DNA from: Eledone cirrhosa
Lineage: Eukaryota
Direction of reading: 5' to 3'
Assembly (NCBI GenBank): GCA_964016885.1
Contig: OZ024741.1
Coordinates: 143,034,001 to 143,098,000, forward strand
Length of the DNA stretch: 64,000 bases
Below the pieces are notes generated by a model. The model saw only the letters and a program-made list of their open reading frames with translations. It did no database searches and was not told where the DNA came from. Below, piece by piece: positions 1 to 11,440 of this stretch (positions are counted from its first letter, which is position 1; each line of letters starts with the position of its first letter). Position numbers and translations under genes: made by a program.

Positions 1-135
1 CAAGGCCAGCAATTACCCAGTGTATTACTGGTACTTTATTTTATTGATCCCGTAGGATGAAAGGCAGTCCGTAAAGGGATGTAACTATGCTGAAAAGTAT
101 GGCGTCCGACCCTCTACCGATACTGCCAACCCTTG
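1..135 (-). mobile_element. tRNA-derived SINE with Nin/Deu-type central domain, cut by the window edge
   Basis: Same family as 17728-17914 and 52677-52865: A-box TGGCAGTATCGG and the ctttcatcc...aataaagtaccag core on the minus strand. Confidence 0.85.
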
Positions 136-469
136 TGGATAAATTGTATTTAGAGTAAATTAACAATATAACTGAATACTTGTGTTTATAAATAAAAGAT
201 CATCCCTATATCTTTATCTTGCACTTATCCTTGCCACCCTTACATATCATTGTACCACATACACCCTATAATATAAACATTTCATTACTATATTTCTGAT
301 GAAAGACACTATGATTTTCAAATAATTTTGGAAATAATCAAGAATTTGGTGAGATTTTACATTATAACTTTCTCATCCCTTCCCTTTACAGGCCACCTCC
401 TTCGCATCCCCCCATGGCAAGTAAGATGTATCTTACCACCTCAGCCTGGCCCAAAATTACACAAGGGCC

Positions 470-765
470 CTAGTGTTGATAAGTGGTAGTGCTGGTTTCA
501 CGATAAAATGCAACCAGCTCACACTGTAAAGTGGTAGTGCTGGTACCATGATAAAATGCATTCAGCCAACACTGTAAAGCCATAGTGTTGGTGCTACAAT
601 AAAATGCACTTGGTACACAGCAGAAAGTGATTGGCTTAAGGAAGGGCATCTAGTTGTAGAAATTATGTCAGAATAGAACATACGCGACATGGTCACAAAA
701 TGTGACAACCTGTCTAACCTATGGAAGCACTGGAAATAGACTTTAAACATGATGGTGATTATTAT
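470..765 (+). mobile_element. RTE 3'-tail fragment: tandem units plus terminal ...ttaaacatgatggtgat
   Basis: Repeated cactgtaaagtggtagtgctggt units and aggaagggcatc motif shared with the RTE 3' ends at 39355-39603 and 61915-62253. Confidence 0.7.
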
Positions 766-1004
766 TGATCAAAACTCAGGAAAAACGAGAGAGGGGGAAT
801 ATTGTGTTCTTTGTGGACATTTGGAGAGAACGAGTGAGTATTAAAGTACTATATGCTGATGATAGGGAGAAATCGAAGAGGTGTGGTAAAAGTTAGGATA
901 AATATATACATCAGGCAAAGATTGCATTAGTTTGGGCTGGTAGGTTATTTTTTTTATAGATCAATTCTTATACCCATTGTAAGTAGCAAATTAACTATTT
1001 AGAG

Positions 1005-1340
1005 CTGTGCGGACTGCATTACTATGGTATCAGTTATAACTAGTTAGCTGTAAGTAGGTAGCACCAGCTGGCAGTCTATGTTGACTGTAGCACAATATAT
1101 TACCTTCTTAGAATAAGGTGGACTGTACCATGCCGTGGTATTATAAATAGATGGACTGCACCTCACTATGGTACCTACTTGCAACTAGGTAAACTGTACC
1201 TTACTATAGTATCTACTTACAGCTAAATGGACTGTACCCCTCCGTGTTACTTAGAGCTAGGTGGCCTATTCCATGCTGTGGTACTGACTTATACAGCTAG
1301 GTAGACTGTTCCTTACAATGGTACCTACCTAGAATCAAGT
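1005..1340. repeat. Degenerate minisatellite, unit ~33-40 bp, about 8 copies
   Basis: Recurrent (g)gactgtacc...tggtacctactta..gctag(g)t units. Confidence 0.75.
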
Positions 1341-2179
1341 GAACACATCTACTGAGAGTTAAACGTCTTGGTCCCTGAGCCAGTGACAAGATACAAAACC
1401 ACCAACAAAGGCAACAGCAGTATATCTTTTGCTGCACGAGTTCCTTTCCGCTAAGCTATCAGCTATAACCAGTTTTCACTTCCATTTGCAACTACTCTTT
1501 CAATGATGTCTCCAACCTGAGGGGCATGGCTATATTAATGATTAAACCAAATAATCATATGTTTAGGACATCAAGGAAAGAGGGGCACTATTCTATTCAA
1601 ATTAATTGTATTTGTAATAAAAAAAATGTTTTACAAACTTTATATATGGGGAGGAAAGGCCCCCCCCCCTACCCTTTTCAGTGATTAGGGCTTTTAAATG
1701 ACTAAATCCAGCTCTAACGAGGGGAAATTGTGAATGCCACAACTTCCTATTCTCTTTAATGCTGCAAACTTGGGAGGACAAGCAAAGCTGGATTAGAGGA
1801 CAGTTTATCAGATAAGCAATCACACTTACCCCTCCAACAGCTCATTATAGTTGGTTGTAAACAGGCACTACAGTGTAGAGACAATTCACTGTTGCTTTAA
1901 TCAACAAAGGCACTAAGACAGGAGGTAAATTAGTTTGCAGTAGTAGTTAAACATTACGAGAAATTTTGTCAGACACCCTTACAAGCCAGCCAATACCCTG
2001 GCAGTGTAGGACATAGCTATGTTAAATAACATGGTTTTTGTCAGACACCTTCACATGTCATCCAATCCCTTGGCAGAATGGGGTACAGCTATGTTAAAAA
2101 TGATGGAGTCCTCAGTGGTGGTATTATGGCCCATTAGTGTCTATCTTCTAGTGAATGCAAGATATTATCATTATTATTT

Positions 2180-3135
2180 TACTAAGGGCGGTGGATTGCT
2201 TTGCAACATAGAGTTACAGACTTTTACGATCTGAGTTCAAATCCCGCTGAGGTTAACTTTGCTTTTCATCCTTACGGGGGTCGATAAAGTGAAGCACCAG
2301 TAATGCACTGGAATAATTGCTGGCCTTGCACCAAAAGTAGAAACAATTATTATTACTAAGGGCGGTGGATTGGCAGTAACGGTAGAGCGTTGGACACCCT
2401 GCTTTGCGACGTAGTTACGGTTCTTTACATTCTGAGTTCAAATCCTGCCAAGGTTAGCTTTGCCTGTCATCCTTATGAGGTCGATAAAATAAAATACCCC
2501 TTCCCCCAAATTGCTGGCCTTGTGCCTATATTAAAAACCATGATCATCACTATCATAGATGACAGCGACGTCTTCTCCCTCTTTTGGTCACACACTTTCT
2601 AAACAAATGACATTCCATTTCTCTCTATGTACATCTTTTTCACTTGGCACCCCGCCTCTCTCTACATAGATGAGGACAACGTCATAACTTTCTGTCTATC
2701 TACCTCTTTCTGTCATCTCGAAAACAAATGGTGTTCCTTTCTCTCTCTCTCTATGTACATATCTCTCGCTTGGTGCTCCCCCTCTTTATATAAAGTGAGC
2801 GTGACAGAAAGACAGTGCTCTTATTATAATATCGATTATTATTAAGGACTGTTGATCAATAGAATCATTTAAGTGTCAGACAAAATGTTTTGTGGCATTT
2901 AGTTACAGCCTTTTACATTCTGAGTTCATAACCCATCAAGGTCAACTTTGCTTTTCCACTTTTCAAGGTCGTTAAAAAAAATTATCAGTCACATACTGGG
3001 ACTTCTTCCCCACAAATTGTTGGCCTTGTGCCAAAATTAGAAACCATTATTATTATTATTGGTGGTGGATTAGCAGAATCAGAGCATTGGACAAAATGCT
3101 TTGTGGCATTTAGTTACAACCCTTTACATTCTGTG
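2180..3135 (+). mobile_element. Cluster of four Nin/Deu-type SINE copies (two head-to-tail pairs)
   Basis: Heads ggcggtggattg near 2186 and 2361, B-box gagttcaaatcc, core ctttcatccttacggggtcgataaa, (ATT)n tails; older copies at about 2845-3060 and 3060-3135. Confidence 0.85.
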
Positions 3136-4739
3136 ATTACATCCTACTGGGGTCAATTTAACTGTTTACTTGCTCTAGTTGAAATCTCAACCGCATTGTC
3201 ATCAACTCGCCTCTGGTTCTATGAAAGAAAACCACTCATTTTGAAGGATTCCTATTTAAATAAAAAATCTTTCAACATAATTTTATATAAGAACCTATTG
3301 CTATGTTACAAATACCATCTAAATAATAAAATATTTCATTATTTTAGTAAATCTCTCCAAATTCTTCATTAAATAATTCAAATATACTGTAATTCACAAG
3401 AAATATGCTAATGAAAGTGCTAAATGACATTAAAAAAATTGAATGTAGCTCACCATTACATATCACTGGTATATTTTGTCGAGAAATACGAAAGGTAGCT
3501 AAATGTGTTAGAAGTTTTCCAGGTTGTAAACATGACTTCATCATCATTTTTATGTCTGTCTTCCATGCTGGCATGGATTAGACAGATTATCATGTTTCTT
3601 GACCAGACAGGTTGGAGCAACCTCATCTGTTCCATGATTTCTATGGCTGGGTGGTCACCCTTCCTAATGCCAACCACCATACATTGTAAATTGGTAAAAA
3701 TCCACCTAATACACTGAGTGAATTGGGTGTGTTTTGTCATGTTATCGTTTTATGAAAACTAAAAACAAAAAAAAACTAAGATGAGAGCAATAGGCCTTGC
3801 TCTAGAAGCTCAACATGAAGATAAAATCTCAACCTTTTTGAGATCAACCCACCTCTGTTCTAAGAAAGAAAACTACCCGTTTTAAAGGATACATATTTAA
3901 ATTTAAATCTTTCAACACAATTTTATATAAGAACATTTTGTTAAGCAAGGTTACACTGCAATATTATTATCATCACATTTTAAACATTTACTGTCCAATT
4001 CATATTGTGATAACTTTCAAACAAAACTAGTAATAAATTGTAATTTAGACAATAGACACCAATTTTTTAGATATGGGTATGGTCAATTTAGACAATCCCA
4101 GTACTTAACTGGTACTTATTTTATCCATCTTGGAAAATAGAAAGGTAAAGTGAAACCTAGTGGGATTTGAACTTTGAATATAATGAAATACCACAATCCA
4201 TTTTATTTGCCACTCTACCATCTACTAAAACTAATGAAAACAAGGAGTCTCTTGATAGGTCATAGGCAAACTCTCGGTTTTCTGAATGGTATGCTTTATT
4301 TCAAAATTGCCTTTAAGTTTTTTTAGTAATGCAGCCTGCCATATCCTATGCAGTTTACTACTCAAAAATGGTTATCCATGTCTGCTTGATCTGCTAAAAA
4401 TAGCAGCTAAATTTCCCTCAAACCACACCCTACTGTCTTAAAACAAAGGAAGGCCATCTTAGATTATAATTCTAAATAAAAGTCATGATGGGTCATGGTT
4501 GGGAGACTTTTGATCATAGTAGATTCTGCTAAAAATTCAAAAGAGAGCACTTGATGTACTTCTTTTCAAGACAATATAGTGTAATTTGAAAGATTTAGCT
4601 GCCATTTTCAGTATGTTCAACAACCACATTGGCTCTTCATGCTTGTGAAAATGTTCTATGTGCAAAAAAAATCTAATTTTGTGTGTCATTTAAGCTTGAA
4701 CATTATTAGTATTTTTAATTATGGATACTTAAAGTCTGT

Positions 4740-4950
4740 TCCATGCCTGGCCCCAGTTTCATTTTCGTCAAGTGACTAGGAGCACATAAGATTAACCCTC
4801 AGCTGCTATTGCTGGTATTACTCATTTTCAGGTAGGTTGACTTGAGCAACATGAAATTAGTGTTTTGCTCAAGAACACAATGCACCACCCAGTTGAGGAA
4901 TCAAACTCATGACATTATGATTGTAAGTCCAATACCCCAACCATTAGGAT
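4740..4950 (-). mobile_element. tRNA/CORE-type SINE, degenerate
   Basis: Reverse of head plus CORE-like gtgttcttgagcaaaacact...gctcaagtcaacctacctgaaaatgagt. Confidence 0.7.
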
Positions 4951-5616
4951 TATGGATCACTTCTTAATTACATAGCATGCTTACAATTCAAAATATTTGA
5001 TCCCCATTAAGGAGGATATGGATGCTATATCAAAGCAGTTTAAAAACAACTATATCAAATCATAAAATCCACATCAACACCAATTTAAAGACAAGATAAT
5101 TTCTTAAAGGAGATTTAAACAGTGCATGGAGGTTTAGAGACCATACAGGCGCCATATTGTAGACTTATGTGATCCCTATTTTAAAAGGCAGTAGAGAGAG
5201 AAATTTATCTACTACATCAACCAATTATGTAGGAACAATCCATATACACCTCAGAATTTGCAGATTTACGTAACATACATAGGTGTGTGGGTGGAAAAGA
5301 TGCATAAAATACTGATACATGTAAAAAGATAGATAATAACTGTCCCTGAAAACCTAAAATTGGAACGTATAGTGGTTTCCCTTAATAGATTTCAATGCCT
5401 GTACCCAACTAAACTTTACTGTCCTGAGTTGGGTTAACAGATAATGATAATTTAATTTTGAAGAAGTCATTTATCAGCTTTTTATAAGAGTTGTACACTT
5501 AGAACTGTGGAAACAACAAACTCCTTATTTGTAACCTCTTAGTCCAATATGTGAATTTTGATCACACAAATAAAGCTCTCAGTACATGTTGTAAGGTGGT
5601 AGTGCTGGTGCTACAA

Positions 5617-5647
<31 letters not shown>

Positions 5648-5859
5648 AGTACATGCTGTAAAGTGGTAGTGCTGGTGTTATGAAAAATACTCCTAGCACA
5701 TGTAAAGTGGATGGAAGAGCATCCAACTGTAGAAAACCAAGCCTAAAACAGTGCGAATGTACAAGACATGGTCAACAGATCTGTCTAGTGTCATAACATA
5801 ACAGCTGTATAACCCTTGCAAGCATGTAAAGTAGACGTTAAACAGTGATAATTTGGAGA

Positions 5860-6135
5860 CACTCGGTCAGTTACAATGATGAGTGTTCCAGTTATCCGAT
5901 CAATGGAATAGCCTGTTCATGAAATTAAAGAACAAGTGGTTGAGCATTCCACAGACATGCGTACCATTAATGTAGTTCTAAGGGGGATTCAGCATGACAA
6001 GTCTGGCCCTTTCGAATTACAGGTACAACTCATTTTTGCCAGCTGAGTGGACTGGAACATGTCTTACTCCAAGGCACAACATGCCGCTGGGAATTGAACT
6101 CACGACCTTACGATTGTGAGCCATATGCCTTCACA
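5860..6135 (-). mobile_element. tRNA/CORE-type SINE with tail type 2
   Basis: Plus strand reads ccagttatccgatcaatggaatagcc...cagctgagtggactgg...gggaattgaactc; same architecture as 43800-44090. Confidence 0.75.
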
Positions 6136-7680
6136 AACAGTGATAACAGCTTGTGAACTTCAGAAGACAGTATAGAGTTGGTGGTACGTAGTTGGAGTGA
6201 GAGGTGAAACTGATATCTGCCTGTTTGTTATCCAGTTTAATAATACATGTCATGTCTTTTGTATAGTGAAACTATGTTGAAACTGGTAAATATCTTTGTC
6301 CTAGCAACAATACAGTCAGAATATCAACACAAAAAAAAAGACAAAAGCTATGAAGATCTCTGGCCAAGATCTTCAACAGAATGAATTAAGTTCATATATT
6401 TTGACTGGATAATGAGAAGAATACGATAGAAGAAAGATGGGATAACATTTAGAAAACTGTATGTATGGATCTGCAACTCCTGATGTGGCTTTTTTGAGTG
6501 CCATCTTGGGCACGTTAAACCTGGCAGGGCCCATTCCCCTCTATGTCTGAATACCACCGATTTCTTAAAGAGAGAGAGAGGGATAATCAACACCAGTACA
6601 AGACTGGTTCTTTTTTTATCAACCTCAAAAAGTTGCAAGGTAAAGCTGACCTCAGTGGAATTTGAACTCAGGGAGTGTAGAGAACTGGAACAAATACCAC
6701 TATCCGATGTACTAATGAATGTCAATTCGCCCCCTTTTGGAAGACTCTACCAAAACCTTTATAACAGAGGAACATTTTTAAAACTGAGTGAAAAATGCAA
6801 CATTTGCAGAGAAATACATTTTTTAACAAGAATGGTTCTCATTTTTAGCTGAGTATACTAGAAGTGTTTTTTTTTGTTCAAGTACACAACACATAACCCA
6901 GTCTAGGAATTGAACCTAAGACATAATGATCATAACTCCAACACCATAATGACTTTTTAGTGGTCATGAATATGTACACTGATATAATAAAATAAAGACA
7001 CCACTGTCCTGGAGAAAGGTAGCACTCTCAGTCTCTAGCAGGCTATGATTTAATGAAATCTCTGTTGAACTGGACTTTTATAAGAAACGGTAACACAATT
7101 TGTTATACTAAGTTGCTTTCTCAACAGCTCTCAACTGATAAACACCAGTAATGGTGATATCAACTTCACTTTAAAGGCAGAAAGAATCACAAGTGTAACA
7201 AAACAATCAGATGGAATCTCAACATTAAAGACTCAAGAGACATCTATAAAAAAAAAGTACAATAGACAACCTATATTTAAAGGACTGCCAGTTCTAGTTA
7301 AGATAGATTAATATGCTGCAGTTGTCATAGAGAGCTGTTTAGCAGATTTGATGAGATAATTATTAACAAGATTACTTCTAAAGTTAAATTATGGAAGCTC
7401 CCTTAACTGCAGTTTTCCCTTGTAAAATCAGAAGTGCATCTTGCCTGAGGAAGGAACCAAGTGAGGTGGAATGGATGATGCAGTGGGTATCACTGGTTGT
7501 TCTCCACACCAATGCTTTCGCCATGATGTCTTCAGGATGCAGCTGAGATATAAATCTTAGCCAGGGGAGAACCAGCACATCCCTTTGTTTTTTTTTGTTA
7601 TTTAATATTTTTCTATCATCTTGTTTAATCTTTTTTTTTTCTTTTTAAATATACTCAAAGGAGGGGTGGGGGCTCCTATC

Positions 7681-7823
7681 CAATCCTAAAAACAGATTCG
7701 ACCCCTATCTCCACAGTTATGTACTCTGATGTAGAGACCTCATTCAACCCTAAAAACAAGTTTGACCCTCCATCTTCCCAGTTAGGTTTTGTGATGTAAG
7801 GGCTTCAATTAATCCTAAAAACC
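7681..7823. repeat. Diverged ~65-bp tandem duplication, about 2.2 copies
   Basis: caatcctaaaaaca...tgatgta unit starts at 7681, about 7745 and 7811. Confidence 0.65.
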
Positions 7824-8196
7824 TATTGCTCCAACAGTACAGCACACAGCCTGGCCTGACCCAACCCATCACACGCAAAAAATATGTAAATCAGTAAAAG
7901 AAAAATTACGTAAAACACAAAACAAGTGAATGGGTGTTTGCTATGTTTACAATTATTTGATGAAACAAGAGCATATATACACTTTGTTCATGACAAATAG
8001 TAGGTGCCTTTGTCCTACTAGCTTTACTCTAAACTGTACTGTTATTAGAAGACACACAACTACGATAGAAAAGTCAACACTGGAAGATAGGATGACCGGG
8101 AGAGAGATTTCTGCCATTACTATCCTTGGTGGTCAACAAGAAGAATATCAGCGCAAAAATAAATATAAAGCTATGCAAGTACCATTTCTACTTTGT

Positions 8197-8470
8197 GATG
8201 GTCATCCAGCTGGACAACTAAATACTATAATAATTAGAGATAGGATGGTCATCCAGCTGGACAACTAAATACTGTAATAATTAGAGATAGGATGATCATC
8301 CAGCTGGACAACTGAATACTGTAATAATTAGAGATAGGATGGTCATCCAGCTGGACAACTAAATACTGTAATAATTAGAGACAGGATGATCATCCAGCTG
8401 GACAACTGAATACTGTAATAATTAGAGATAGGATGGTCATTCAGCTGGACAACTAAATATTGTAATAATT
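8197..8470. repeat. 47-bp minisatellite, about 5.8 copies
   Basis: Units gatggtcatccagctggacaactaaatactgtaataattagagatag start at 8197, 8244, 8291, 8338, 8385 and 8432. Confidence 0.97.
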
Positions 8471-9009
8471 CATGCACATAAAAGAAACAAATTTGTAAAT
8501 AATAATGTTGGCTTGGAGACATTTGTTTTTTGGGGCACAGGGGGTGGGGTGGGATCGAGGAGAAAGAGGGTTTAGTAAACCTAGAAGGGGGAGATTGAGG
8601 AGAGGGGAAGAGATAGAAAAACATGATAGAAACCATGTTTCCTAACTTTTCCTACTGTTTCTTAAAGAGAGGGAGAGAGCATTTTTGTATAAGCACAACC
8701 ATAACAACAAACTCAAGCAAATATTATCTATAAACCTAAACTTAACCTATCAGATATGTTATCACACTAGATATAAAGTAAAATTAATCTTTTCCTTCAG
8801 AACTATATCCAAAACATTCCCAACCAAATAACAATGAAACCGATACTAATTACTAGTACAAGAGTAACAGACATCAAGTCGCAGCCACCCTATTACGTGC
8901 TTTTTGTATATCTCTGCAGTGACCACCATAAAAATGGTTTACGATTTGTTTCTGTTGGCAAAGTGGAAACATGAATCAGGAGTTGCTGTTAACCACTAAA
9001 ACTGTAAAG

Positions 9010-9265
9010 TCAGCCTCAAGCTTGGAGGCTCATCGCGCCAGTGCTTATCCCAGTTTCCATGGTGTGAACTGACTGAGAACATATAACTTCCTCCTGGACA
9101 GGATGCCAGTCCACTGCAGGGTTAAACCCCCAGTTATTGCTGGTACTCCTTTTCAGCTGACTATACTGGAGCAATGTGAAATGAAGTGTCTTGCTGAAGA
9201 ACACACACAACCCACTCCAGGAATCAAACCCGCATTATAATTGTAAGCCCAACACCCTTACCACA
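9010..9265 (-). mobile_element. tRNA/CORE-type SINE with tail type 1
   Basis: ctcctggacaggatgccagtcc...gcaggg tail, cagctgactatactggagcaatgtgaaatgaagtgtcttgc core and aggaatcaaaccc B-box reverse; sister copy at 33575-33830. Confidence 0.8.
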
Positions 9266-9501
9266 GTTTCCATTTAAATGGCTCAGCTAGATGCTAATAA
9301 CTGCCAGTGGGCTTCTCAAATTACAAACTAGAGGAGATAAGTATATAGAATTGGGCCAGCTAACAGGGTTGAGACTGTCCTATCTAACTGTAGGATCTGA
9401 ACTTGAAATATAGGACAAATCAAATCTATATTCTGTAAATCCTTTACATTTAGCCTGGCATTCTACCAATTTCTGATATAATCAGTTACCTGGTTTAACA
9501 T

Positions 9502-9640
9502 CATCTGGCCCATGGGTGGCAGACATAATCTCTCATCTGGCCCATGGGTGGCAGACATAATCTCTCATCTGGCTTAACACCACCACCTGGCCCTTGGGTG
9601 GTAGACATAACTCTGGTTTAACAACACCCCGTGGCCCATG
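9502..9640. repeat. 32-bp tandem repeat, two exact copies plus degenerate ones
   Basis: catctggcccatgggtggcagacataatctct at 9502 and 9534, then decayed copies. Confidence 0.9.
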
Positions 9641-9828
9641 TGAGTCTTTAGCAGAGTCCATTCTGTTGCATTTATTAATGTTAGATCCCTTCTTGAATAT
9701 ACACATATACTGTAAACCAGAAATCATTTATTGATACCAGAGTGCTGCCATTGCATATTGTGTGAAGTATACTTTCCTGTGGTACCTGCAGACAGCTAAC
9801 TTGACTGAACTATTGAATTCCGAATGTT

Positions 9829-10194
9829 TTAAACCTTTTCACTGGAAATTGGCTCTAGTTCTGAGATAAAACAGTTCACTTTAAAGTGGTCATATCTAAA
9901 TTAAACCCTTCCATCATAATTTTAAGTAAGAACCTTTAACACAAGCTAAATAATAAGCAAGTTATATTAGTTATAATCTCTCCAAATTCTTCATTATATT
10001 CAAAACGATTACCACAAAAACTTCCTTCATAATTTTATGTTAGAAAATTTTGTTGTAAGGTTCTTAAAACTAACTTAATGAAAAATTTATTTTATTAAAC
10101 AGAACCCTTCAAATTCTTGATTCTTTTTCTCTTTCAAAATAAATTGAAACACATTCAATGTATTTCATGAGAAATCTGGTGAGGAAAGGGTTAA
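9829..10194. mobile_element. TTAA-flanked MITE (piggyBac-like ends)
   Basis: Ends ttaaaccttttcac...gaggaaagggttaa. Internal tctctccaaattcttcatta is shared with 3350-3370 and, inverted, with 340-355 and 56065-56080. Confidence 0.6.
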
Positions 10195-11199
10195 AAATAG
10201 ACACTATACAGCTGAGCAGTGAACAGATTGTCTGACATCTTACACACCTATCTCATCAAAATTGACTCTCCCAGGAAGCAAATTAGCGGTGTTGGAAAAA
10301 TGTTTTGCTGTATTTTAATGCAGCCCATTGTGTTCAAATCCTGCCGAAGAAGACAACTTTGCCTTTCTTCCTTCTGGCGTTGATATACAAAGTACAGGAC
10401 TGAGTTATTCAATTGTTGAATATGAAGCCTTGTGGTATTTCTTCTGGTTTATTGTGTTCTGAGTTCAAACCTCACTGTAGTCTACTTCGTTGCAAATATT
10501 CAGGCCAGGTCTCCAATTTGAAGATACCTTCCTCCCTCCTACATACCAGTTTTAGGGGCCCAGAGAATGGCCGTGAGCAGAGCCCTTCCCCGACTAAGCA
10601 ATAAAAAGAAATGGCAGATCTTGATCCCAAATTTAAACCAGGAAGTTTGCTTTTTTCACCTGTTAGGTAAGATCTTAACTTAATGTAAACGGTAGGAAGT
10701 TCAAGCACATATTTACCAAGGCTATGTTGATATAAAGCAATTCACTGATATACTGAAAGTGTTTAATAAATAATGATTTATCACATAGGTATAAGGTTAT
10801 ATGCCTGTAGTGGAAAGATCAAAACACTTTATTATAGTTAATTTATTTTATTGACTCCAGTACCATAGAAGGATAAAAAAACAAATGTGGATGGCATAAT
10901 TTCAGCTCAGAATTTAGAATAGAACTAAAGATTGTAAGACATTTAGTCTCATACTCTTATGTCATGATATTGTCTTTAATAATTTTAGTCAGCCAAGTTG
11001 ATTTGAGAGTTGTATTTCTTTCTTAAGAATCACTAACCAGCTCATGATATAGTGCTGTTAGGAAATATACGCTGGCAGGCCCACTTTAACTGGCTATAAA
11101 TAGGCAATCATCATATAACTGATGATGACGTAGCTGCAAATCATATTAGGCAGGGATATTAGAGTCAACTAAATGCCAGTATATCACAATGAAGTGGAA

Positions 11200-11440
11200 G
11201 CATGTAACCTATAAGATAGGGTGTTGGACTTACGATCATAATGTTGTCGGTTTGATTCCTGGACTGGATGGCTCATTCTGTTCTTGAACAAAACAATTCA
11301 TTTCATGTTGCTGCAGTACACTCAGCTGAAAATGAGTACCTTGCAATTGACCAGGGGGACTCATATTCTCAGTCGCTTAAAACCAATTAAAACTGTGATA
11401 AGCATCGGACTGATGAGCCATCGGGCTTAGGACATATTTT
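11200..11440 (+). mobile_element. tRNA/CORE-type SINE
   Basis: Head agggtgttggacttacgatc...ggtttgattcctgg; core ttcttgaacaaaac...cagtacactcagctgaaaatgagtacc. Confidence 0.75.

Noticed and set aside
4980-7580. Possible exons of a second gene in the 1-12 kb region
   Set aside because: The short ORFs lack recognisable domains and overlap SINE or LINE debris; small exons cannot be excluded without transcript data.
8197-8470. CRISPR-like appearance (also 1005-1340, 41147-41302 and 61915-62110)
   Set aside because: Units are contiguous repeats without unique spacers, there are no cas genes, and the context is eukaryotic.
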